Shown one piece after another: positions 1 through 13,114 of a DNA stretch of 64,000 nucleotides. Origin of the DNA: Hormiphora californensis. Lineage: Eukaryota; Animalia; Ctenophora. The notes below the pieces were generated by a model, which was not told the DNA's origin, made no database searches, and saw only the letters and a program-made list of their open reading frames with translations. The stretch's first letter is position 1. The number at the start of each line of letters is the position of its first letter. The DNA lies in the NCBI GenBank assembly GCA_020137815.1, contig CM035360.1, forward strand, positions 5,270,001 through 5,334,000. The letters are read 5' to 3'. The position numbers were made by a program, and so were the translations under genes.

Positions 1-3000
1 AGAAGCTAACCTAACCTAAATCCCAATCAGAACCTATCTAAATTACACCTACTCTTGGTATCGGAGGATTATACTCATTAGCCCGTTACTTTCTCCCTTG
101 AACTCAGCCACCGTATCAACATCAAGGAAGTTATCTTTGAAGAATTTACACGCCTCAGCCCTCCATTTGGGTGTTTTTACACCTCCCAGAGTACAAGTTA
201 ATCCTGTACAGGAAGAGGAGGGATTAATTCGCGAAATAATCTTCATCGCTTAAACCAGACTCGACTAAACGAGCCACGGGGGTAAGCTAATCGCGTTATT
301 TCGATGTGCCATGTAAAACCGGAGTAAGTAATTAGAAGTAGTTTCAACTACTCCTCTCCCAATATGTTACCTTGTGCAGGTAGTTTAGTGAAGGCTGGTT
401 TCAGCACCTGCATATTGTCTGCCTCTACTGCTACAATGGTCTGGGTATCGACCAGCATGACCTGACTGCCGTGGTGGTTGGTGGATAGAACGTAGCCCCT
501 CTTCCACTTGTCAACAAACACAGCACATCTGGAGGAGTTGAGGCAATTAGTTTTATAATTTAGAGGAGAGGAGTAATTAATTTCCTAGACAGTGGAAACA
601 CCAGCTAGATAAACAGTTCCCAACTCACGGTGTGAAGGGAAGGATCTCATCCAACGGATCTCCATCTCCATCCCCATATTGATGCTCCATCTCTTGATCT
701 AGTCTCCTCAAACCCTCCTTGTCATTTAGGAGTTGGACAGAGAAGCGTCCGGGGGTTGCTACGTGACAAATCTTGACATCTACCATCTGGCCAGTTTTCT
801 AGGGAGAAGAAAGTTAGTTTAAAAGGCCAAGGGGGTATAATACCGGGTACGGGGTACTATCAGTTTTGTAATCAAGACGTCTTGTTATACGGTAGGGTCA
901 AGTTGCAACTTGGAAAGATAAAAACAGGAAGCAGAAGAGATAAAAAGGTCTCTATTTCAGAGATAAAACAGCTTCTTACCACTTTGGGTGGTTTGAACCC
1001 AGACCGAATGAGCTCTGTTGCAGCGGCACTGCTGGCTGGGGAACTGGACCTGGCACTACTACCCCTCCCACTGGCATCTCGTCCCCTGGATCGGGCAACA
1101 ACTGGAGAGGGAGATCTTCTTCGCTGTACTTCATCCTCCTGGTGAGGGGAGGGTGGTTTGAGAATAGTTATGTGTGCCTGATAAACAGTCAATACTGTTT
1201 TAGGATAATTCAAAAAGTAATTAGTAATGCTCACAAAATGGTTTTGTTTGTTATATTTTTCATCATAATATCCAAGAGATAAAACACCTCACAACATCTA
1301 CTCACCCTGTTAGTTCCACCTCTCCTTGACCTGCCCCTACCACCACCACCACCGCTACCACCAGAAGCTCCAACTGCAACATTGGCTTTTATCAGCTTGT
1401 CTCGGACATTGTTAGTCATAGAATGATCGGTGTAAAGGTCCACCGTGTAAGTTCCGTTCTTTCTGTTGTGGCTTCGTATAGCGCAGAAGAAATCCTTTGA
1501 TCTGGGGGGAGAATGGGGAAGTTTTATTGGAGCTGGTGTAGAAAATAAAGACCCATCAATGAGTTATTCAAAAGTGAACTAACCAAAACGGCCGTTAATT
1601 GGCACTATTTTCTTGGCCTAAACAATCAAAAGTCAAATGGCTTTGGGAGAGTTAGAATGAATCTTACTTGATATATTCTTCACACTTCTTCCTCTCTTCT
1701 CGGGTGTAGGCAGCTCCATTAGGAGGTTCAATGTCAGCCATCTGGCACTTGATGTATGTCTCTGGTAGGTGACTGCATGCCTGAGATTAGAGAGAGAGAT
1801 GGGTTAGAGGGGATAAGAAAGAGGAGAATACTATCACTAACCGGACCGCTCAGAGGGTATGTGACTTACAGTGGGTAGGAAGTGTAGGTCGGTTGTTTTA
1901 ATTGACTCATAATTGCCATAGTCCACAAAGAACACGTCTGTCTTCAAATCATCACTGGTAACGACCTGAAGGAGAATAGAAAATGGTTGAAAATGAATCA
2001 CAAAATCTAATTCAAGATTTCACAGTGTTGCAGGCAAGGAGCAAATATTACTTCTGAGTTGTGTTTATCGGGGGACGTGTGAAATTATCATACCTTAGCT
2101 CTGTAATACATAATTTGCCCATTCTCCTCATACGGGGCAACACAAGCCATACTCTGGAATATCTCATATCCGGCTGGGATCCGGTAGGACTGACTTCGGA
2201 TAAGCTTAGCAAGATCAACATTAATCTTGTCAACATCAGCAAAGTACTTCTTTAGGAGGCACGCAATGTTGGAGGGATCTACTATACTCTCTACTAGCAC
2301 TTCCTCTACATCCTGCGCGGGGGGGAGGGATTAGAAAGGTGGATTCAGGTAACTTAGGGCCTAGTGGTGGATCGGGGGTGGATATAATTAAGGGAGTAGG
2401 AGTGAATCGAACTTAGTTAAAAAGGCAGTAAGGCAGGCTGGTATTTCTTACCTCTACACGGGCCGGTATATATCCCTTCTCATAGACGTCCTTCCTATCA
2501 CTTCCACCACCACCTCCCCTAGTGCTGCTCTTACTACTAGTTAGTGGTGACCTGCTGTTGTTGCTGCTGCATTTGTAACATTTGCATCTGTAACATCTGC
2601 ATTTGTAGATGCTGCGGATATCCAGCCACTCCAGCCGCTGCTGCTGCTGCTGTGGAAGGCTGCGGTGGATCCTGCCACTTGTCGCTCCGTAACTAGCTGA
2701 TCCAGCACCAAACTGGGGTCCGGCACTGTCATACCCTGCTGCTGAGGCTGTTGTAGCTGCAGCGGTGTTATAAGCTGATGCACTCTGTGTAACTAGCGGA
2801 GTATCCACCCTGCTCCTGCTGACTGAGAGGGATATCCACTTTGAGATGATGCGTACCCAGCACCTGATCCCCCAGCTGATGGTATAACCTAGACCGGTAT
2901 TACTGGGGGATGGGTTGTATTGTGAATGTGCTGAATGCTGTGTAGGCACTCTGTTGTTGTTGGGATGGGTATCCTGCTGGGGCACCGCCACCCCCTTGTG

Positions 3001-3392
3001 AAGCTGCTGCTGTGTAAGAGTTGGTGTTGTAGTTGGAAGATGTTCCAGAGGAGGGGTTGAAGTAGTTAGAACCACCTCCAGCACTTCCAGCACTGTAACC
3101 ACCCGCTGACATTCCTGGAGAGGGAGAAGGGGTTAGGGATGGGAATTAGTGTGATGATCCGGGGTTCACGCCCACATGGCAACTGCTCGTATCAAATAAG
3201 ATGCTATTTATTGTACTGACAGTCAGTAACTGACTACTTAATTCATATCACATGACACTCACCAGTGGTAGAGAAGTTGCTGCCAAGTTGATGTCCAGCT
3301 GCATTAGCTGCTGCGCTCATTAGATCACTGCGGGATGGAACTCCACCTCCACCGGAGCTACCACCACCGCCTCCACCTGTATAGGAGAACAT
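1..3392 (-). CDS. Tudor-domain protein B (multi-exon, runs off left edge); N-terminal G/S/Q/Y low-complexity region, RG-rich linker, at least 2 extended Tudor domains
   Basis: ATG 3392 after tttgtag|cgc (MFSYTGGGGGGSSGGG). Exons encode ACVAPYEENGQIMYYRAKV / DVFFVDYGNYESI and RCAVFVDKWKRGYV..QVMLVDTQT; GT-AG introns. The exon at 3114-2452 has apparent frameshifts (see findings). Confidence 0.8.
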
Positions 3393-3714
3393 GCGCTACA
3401 AAGAGAAGCAACACGCGTGAGTGGACTTCTCTCTCGGATAGGGGGTGGGGGAGGGGGAGAAATAGGGCCAGGGGTGGTAGGGGCCCGTGGGTGGAGTGGT
3501 AGAGAGAGGGGGAAGGATTGAGGAGAGGGTGAAAAATCTGGAGAGGGTGGGGCACGAATCGAATCAAACTGAAGTAAAGGGAAGCAAATATAAATCAAGA
3601 CGACGATAGGAATTATAAAAATCGGTACAACAACAAACACACACGCATAAATACGAAGTAAAATATTCAAAAAAAATAGATTGAAAAAAATTAAAAACCA
3701 ATTAAAAATTGTCA

Positions 3715-6700
3715 TTATTTTTCGTCAGCGTTGGTTTCCTCATCAAGTTCTAACCCGCTGTGTCTACCAAGATGATTCCACAGATCAGTAAATTATAATT
3801 GGCAGAGAATGATTTCAACTTACCCATGATGGCCATTTGTTCCAGTTGATTCTGCATTCCCTGGTAGCCTGCATAGGAGGGGGTCCTCTGGGCACAGTTG
3901 TTCTTCACCATCAGATCAGTGACTCCATCGGCCGAGTTATCTAGAGAGGGGGCAGATGGTTATGTAAATGAGGGTAATTTGACACCGCGCTCCGCATAGA
4001 ATATGAACAATTCATATATGTAACCCCCCCCCCCCCCCCGGCCCCCACTATTATAATACAGACCCACTATAATACAGGGAGATGAAACTGTAAAGTACCT
4101 GCAAATAGTTCCACATAAAACCGATCGTCAGCTTGCCGGAGGAATTGTGCTGTGAGGGTGCCGTTGTCAACGTACTTAGTAAACCTAGGATTGGGTGGGG
4201 GAGGAGGGGTTATTAGATTGATTGGACAGGAATTAAAAACATTTCAGTACCAGTGGTACTGTACCACCCAGTCAGTGACTGGCAGGCCTGTGCCCCGAAA
4301 TTCAGAAATCTGAGAAAACATTTTTCTCGGCCCTTTGCAAGGCTGTAAAATTCAATTCGCTAGGCTGCATATTTTTGCAATACGATCCTCCCTACATACC
4401 ATGCAACAAGTTTCTTAGGGAACTTCCCCAGGGGTCTGGCATTACAAGGTGCTACGTTGTTCAGCCCACACCGTACTGCGTAGAAAGGCTGATCTGCTAG
4501 GGTGCCCTCCAGAGGGTAGATCTGCTTCAGGGTGACTGTCTGCTCGTTCCCAAAATCTCTCAGCCACACCAGGATCGCACCAGTACTGAGCACCTAGGAA
4601 GGAAATGTGAAGTGACAAGGTCAGTGACAAAATCTAATCATGGACAAGAGAAGCGATATCATCCTAAAATTGAACAAGACAAGTGTACAAAATTGAACGA
4701 GGGTGACAAATTGAACAAAAGGTAGCTACGAACCTGTTTAATTTCTCCTCGGAACCAATCAGCACCAGTCTGAACAGCACACAGTGTTCCAATGTTTACT
4801 GGGAAGGCGGGGGAGTGTACATTAGGGTACATGCTCTTCATTGCAGTCATCAACCTGGGAGAAGGGATGGTTTAAAGGGGGAACGAATAGAGTTGGTTGT
4901 TGGAAGAAGAATGGATGGTTGTAGGACGGGAAGTGGGAGAATTGGATACAGAATTGGTATGGAATTTTATTTCGAAAACATCCTCACGGCTCAAAACAGC
5001 TGTCTACTTACGTGGAGACATCTTTCAGGGTGTGTTTGTACTGAATATAAAACTCGGACAGCTCAGCAACTTGAGATACAACCACGGGGATCTTTTCTGT
5101 TGGGCCCCATTTGAAACCCACCATACCGGGGTCCTTGGTCCTCTTGGCACAGGGAATAGGGAGAGGCATACAAAACTGATGGGGGAGAGGAGTTAATTTT
5201 CAGGAATATTAACCAAATCACAACTCCAATCCGTAGATTGGGTTTTTTAATGAAGACAGTAAAAAAAACCAAATCTACGGATTGGAGTTGTGACTTACGA
5301 CCTACTTAAAATGAGTGTTAAATAATGTCAAAATATTCGAACATCACACTAACCTGTTGTAATACAAGATTCTGCCTGATGCTAGCTATATCTGGTGTCG
5401 AGATATCCACCAGAAGTTGAGGGGCTGTCTGTGAGATGGAAAAGGAGCTGACGGTCACAGGTCGACCCATTACGAGGGAATGAAACATGTCTTTAGCTTG
5501 GGGGTTAACTGTTTTGGAGCCGGCCAGGCAGCATGGAATAGCTTGTTCAGTGAGACCATCTAGACCTGGGGATGGGAGATAGAGGGTCGATTATTGAGAC
5601 CTGGGAATGGGAACAAGAGCTAGAGATGGCTGGTAGATTATTTACATCTGTATTCTGCGTGGCAGGGAAGTCAGATTAATAATTAAGAAATGAACTACTA
5701 TTCTCTTTCTTACCCAACTCAGGAGGTAAAATACAAAGGGCTGATTGAGGTACCCTCTCGTCCCTTCCACTGTCTATAAACTGGACATGAGCAATACCGT
5801 TCTGAACGTCTGATACCAATCTGGCCCGCTTACACCCACCTGAAGAGAAGGTAAGTTTTGTCGAATGGTAAGCTAGAGGATATAACTGTATTGTTAGTTC
5901 ATGGTAGTAACGACAGTTTCCTAGATAAGAAGTACAAAAAGAAGGCACATATCCGAATCGGCAGTTAAACTATTGCAAGCAAGATCTTCCCACAACATCA
6001 GCAACTGCTTTTCAAACCAAAGATAAAAGAGATAAAACAAACTAATTATGAGATGAGAACAGATAATAAATTTCAAAGCAACTTGACTGCCAGGAAATAT
6101 CGCAGTACTTATAACTGATAGAGGCTGATCAGATCAGTAGTACCGGAAACCTGGCTTGGGTATCAATCCAATCAAGCAGATGTGTGTCATATCAATTAGT
6201 TGATCAGTTAGTTAATTGGCTGTCAAGAACTTATAATGGAATTTCCTGCTACTGTAACAAGAGAAGGACTCAAATTGGAGCTGAGACGGCGCCTAAAAAC
6301 TGGACAGGCAAGCTTGAGATCAGAGGGTGCAGTCAACTTTTCCCCCGTTAATTCCCGTTAATTAATTAGCTAATTACCGTTTTGTAGCAATACAGCCACA
6401 TAATCATGCATTTTGGGTGCCACATCCACCAAGTGTTTGGGGTTCTGTATCAGTATCTCCTCGATCTGCAGCAGCTTCTTTCTGTCTTCCTGGTTATTAG
6501 CTGGACATACCCAGAACCTGGGGAAGGGGAGGGGTTGATAATGGAGAGGTGGGGGCTTTAACCGAACCAGCAGCAAGGGGAAAAGGTTGGTATCGAAAAC
6601 ATCTGGGGGGGTCCAGCCCTAAAAAAGCTAAACTAACGGCCAAAATCAGGGTACCTTTAGCTTTTTTAGCTTTTTTTAGCTTTTTTTTAGCTTTTTTTAG

Positions 6701-7433
6701 CTTTTTTTAGCTTTTTTTTAGCCTTTTTTAGCATTTTTTAGCTTTTTTTAGCTTTTTTTAGGCTAAAAAAAGCTAAAAAAAGCTAAAATTGAGTTTTTAG
6801 TGGATTCATATAGGTTCGAATCCCGCTGACGCCAAATTTTTTTAACTTTTATTATAACGTTTTATAACGTTTTTTGAACTTTTTTAAAACTATTTTTATC
6901 AAATTTGAATAATATTTTTATCGAAAAAATGTCTCCAGAAAATGGCAGTAGGGGTGGATACAGAAATTGCTATGTATGGACATAAACGGTAGATTATGGT
7001 AAAAAAATGTGCAGGAAATGAACAAATGCAGTCAATAGACGTCCGGAAGGATGAAAATTTAATGGAAAAGTGTCAAGATGAATGCTGAAAAAACATAAAA
7101 AGTAGGGCTAAAAAAGCTAAAAAAAGCTAAAAAAAAGCTAAAAAAAGCTAAAATAAAAAACGCTATCGACCAAAATCAGGGTACCTTTAGCTTTTTTTAG
7201 GGCTGGACCCCCCCCCCAACACCTCACACCGCGCGCTGGCAAGGGGTAACTTCGTAACCAAGGGAAAAGGGGGGTAGCAGGTAGCTGACACAATGGAACA
7301 CTCAACACACTACCATTGAACCAGGATACTGAATAGTGAATACCCCCACCCACTACTGCAACACTTACTGTTCGAGTGAGAGGATGTGGGTGACGATGGC
7401 GTCGAACACATACGTCGCCTCCTCCACCACCAT
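3715..7433 (-). CDS. Tudor-domain protein A (multi-exon, 2 extended Tudor domains)
   Basis: ATG 7433 (MVVEEATYVFDAIVTHILSLEQ|FWVCPANN; splice 7369/6517 in frame). Tudor motifs KRARLVSDVQNGIAHVQFIDSG and GTLCAVQTGADWFRGEI..VWLRDFGN. Probable last exon ELDEETNADEK*, then an AT-rich 3'UTR. The 3' end is less certain. Confidence 0.8.
5218..5293. mobile_element. Mini inverted-repeat element in Tudor-A intron
   Basis: tcacaactccaatccgtagatt ... aatctacggattggagttgtga inverted arms. Confidence 0.6.
6605..7217. mobile_element. MITE in Tudor-A intron 1
   Basis: Termini ggggggtccagccctaaaaaagctaaa / tttagctttttttagggctggacccccc; subterminal (tagcttttttt)n arrays; flanks aacatct/aacacct resemble a TSD. 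Confidence 0.75.
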
Positions 7434-7885
7434 CTCGCTATAATACAGGGGGAAGTTGGAATTTGGAATATATATTGAAGACGGAAAGTTAGTGGAGCTG
7501 TGGGAGAAGGGATGAACTATCTCCCTTTGTAAAATTACAGGGGAGGTAGCTGTAGTAGGAAGTAGAGGTAGAGTGGGAGTTAGAGGTTGAATGTGGGAAG
7601 GAAGGGCTGAAAAAACACTGGAAATCATGATTTTATCAAAAAAAGACTTTCTAAAAATCCATAATCCGGTCAACAGCATCATCATCAAAAACTTTACAAC
7701 ATCTTACACGTTCCTCAAATACACCACCACTTCAAAAACAACTTCGCAATAAATCAAACTAAAACGTAAAATAGTAAGGAGATGTGAAAACAGGTGTGTG
7801 AAATTGAGAATAGTATCTCTCACTCTAAAGCATGATCTGCTAGAGTACACCATTCCATCTTTCACTTCTAGATAAAATATGCAGA

Positions 7886-10676
<2,791 letters not shown>

Positions 10677-10768
10677 CTAAAAGGGGGTTAAAATGGGATT
10701 AGATAACAATATCAATATGAAAATACCGGTCTCCCATGGGGGAGAAGATTAATAAATTACTGCATTGA

Positions 10769-11515
10769 TTAAAATTGATTAAATTTGGTAGAATTAAAAG
10801 TGTTATATAATAAGTTAATGTCATTGAGTTCGCTCTTATACTGCCTCGTTTTAGTGAACTTATTGCCTCTATGCCCTCTCAAGCTAATGACAGTTGTTCT
10901 GAGCAGGGTGAAAGACAACCGCTGCCTAATGTAACGGATGGTGTCAGAGTAAGCCTGGTGTGTTTTGTCAGCAAGCAGCTTGGCAAGGCGCCTGTAGAAT
11001 TTTTCTGCCTCGTTGCCCAGGGCACCAGTTACTGAAAACACGAGTGGGCAAAAACAACTCTGTTCAACCTCAAGGACACGTTCGTTATAGCAGCGTTTTT
11101 TCTCGTCCTCGTGTCGTTTCAGAGCTGTATCAAGAGGAATGGCACTGTTTGTGGGAGCCAATGGATTGAAGATGCGCACATCTGTGTAAATTTTGTCCAT
11201 GGGAAGCCAAAAATCCCTGGCAGCAACATCAAGGCGAGCATCATTTGCAGTGTTTGCTGATTTTAGCCGGAAGGTTTCGCCAGTGATTGGGAGAAGATGG
11301 GGTTCTCTTGAAACATCACGGCATCCCGCCTCTTTCAGCAGGTTTGCAGTAAGGTCCCGGATCTCATTATGCCGCAGCTGCACGTAACCACCAAGATGAC
11401 AAGAGAGGCTGTGTTCAGTGGTGTTAGGTTTTCCACACGGACAGTTTGGTGGTCTGCCCTCAAGTTCCAAGCAGTAGCGGAGGGACATGGAGTCCCAGAA
11501 CTCCTGTTTGTTAAA
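10769..11515 (-). mobile_element. 5'-truncated CRE-like non-LTR retrotransposon (zinc knuckle plus restriction-like endonuclease C-terminus)
   Basis: CPCG..HSLSC..RHNEIRD; ARLDV..TDVRIFNP; EDEKKRCY; FCPLVFSVTGALG..LRGHRG; no RT portion present. Confidence 0.85.
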
Positions 11516-11592
11516 TTTCGCGTTTCAGAAATTTTTGAAACTTTAAAATCTGGAAACTTTGTGTTAGGAAAAAAAAATATAAGAATAGAACG

Positions 11593-11638
11593 GCCGCGCG
11601 CGGCGGATAAGAATTGCGCGGTACATCAATGCACCGCA
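11593..11638 (-). promoter_or_regulatory. Candidate operon-head promoter motif (copy upstream of ADH5)
   Basis: + strand GCCGCGC-N15-TGCGCGGTACATCAATGCACCGCA; 21/24 identical to 56642-56665. Confidence 0.45.
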
Positions 11639-11933
11639 GTAAGACTTTTCATGCGCTTTACGTCACAGAAATAAATAAAGACACCACATTCTCTCGCTTT
11701 TTTGTTAACAAGGAAAAAATTGTTTTGTTCAAACCTTTTAGGGTCGAATAAGGCAAGGAAAAACAAAGGTTTATAACAAATTCCAACAAAATATCATAGA
11801 GAACTTTTACAACCAACTTCAAATACTCTTTAATTTGAAGTTATTCAACAAACAGCTACCAGTACCAGTACTTTTTAGTCTAAAGACTCCGATCTCATAA
11901 TATCTCCAAACCTATAGCTAGGGATAAGAGTAA

Positions 11934-12207
11934 TAGGGATCCCTAAAAAAGTTCAGTATTTACACAGCGTTTACACCAGAGCGCTGTGATTGGCTGAAAT
12001 TTCTGACGATGGAAAATTTAAGCCAATCACAGCGCAGATTTCAAAATTTTTCTTCCCACGCTACCGTGGGAAAAACTGAAATGGCTTAACTGGTGTAAAC
12101 GCTGTGTATATGTAAATACTGAACTTTTTTAGGGATCCCTATACCAACACCCAATCCTTCATTATGAAGGATTGGGTGTTGGTATAGGGATCCCTAAAAA
12201 AGTTCAT
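11934..12207. repeat. Nested palindromic repeats (MITE-like)
   Basis: tagggatccctaaaaaagttca arms (11934-12143) with an inner gcgctgtgattggct/agccaatcacagcgc pair; second palindrome 12121-12207. Confidence 0.7.
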
Positions 12208-12457
12208 ATAAACAGTCAAACTCTCGCACAAACAATTTAAGTGCTTACCTTCAGACAATGGCCAATTTCCCAAAGAATAAGATATAATAGTTGGGAGATT
12301 AGGATTACATAAACTCTTAAGGGTACACCTGGCGTTTTTCAACATAGTTTGCCCAACCAAATGACTTCACCAGGGTTTAGGCCATACAAAATGGACCTCA
12401 AATATGCAATTTTAGCCCTAAAGTCGAATTCGTATTTTTGCTACAGCCTATTTTCAA

Positions 12458-12540
12458 CTGTCAGAGCATTGGCCTGACCCTATTCTCATTTCTTTCACGC
12501 GGAGCGCACGAGAACTGTGGTCAGAGCATTGGCCTGACAG
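12458..12540. mobile_element. 83-bp mini-insertion with 8-bp TSD
   Basis: attttcaa at 12450-12457 and 12541-12548; absent from the opposite MITE arm; ends CTGTCAG..CTGACAG. Confidence 0.8.
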
Positions 12541-12889
12541 ATTTTCAAAGTGGCGTTTTTTCAATTTTTGTTGGAATTTTTAACCTCGGGACCACTTTTT
12601 TTGAGATAGAAACATTAAATTCTTGGAATTTGAAGAGAATATAAAGGTAAATAAGCCCAAAGAAGGATTTTTGAAATGGAGCTTATTTCTGGCCATGAGA
12701 ACGGTTTACTTTTTTGCGTCTTTGACACGCTGGCTGAGAATGTTCCCATGCTTCATTAGAGATGAAAATCTGGAAATAGTTGTGCTTGGAGTGGGGGCCA
12801 CTGTTGGACCTCCGAACTGGTCTCGCGTATGTTAGCGTGTAATCAGGCATTCAGGAAAAAAGACGTTGATTCAGTTGTTCAAAATCAAA

Positions 12890-12943
12890 TAGCTATTATA
12901 ACAAACGTTTCGACATAAGAATGTCCTCTTCAGTGTTAAGCTA
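12890..12943 (-). ncRNA. Minimal type I hammerhead ribozyme (3' pLTR copy)
   Basis: RNA: UAGCU UAACA-CUGAAGA-G-GACAU uCUu AUGUC-GAAA-CG-UU-UGUUA uaa UAGCUA; core, stem I and stem II present; palindromic AACGUU replaces stem III. Confidence 0.85.
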
Positions 12944-13114
12944 ACGTCTGTAAACAAAATGCACTAATTTAAACGGTGCTCCTTCATAAACATAACACAT
13001 AACCGGTCAATTAGTGGGTTTACCCGGTCCGAAATATGATCGCAGACGGGTCCGTGTTCTGATAGTTTGTAAGTCTGGGTGGACCCGTGTAAGACTAAAC
13101 TAGTCAGAAACTGA

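Noticed and set aside
6805-6835. tRNA B-box-like ggttcgaatccc
   Set aside because: No cloverleaf or A-box; lies inside a MITE
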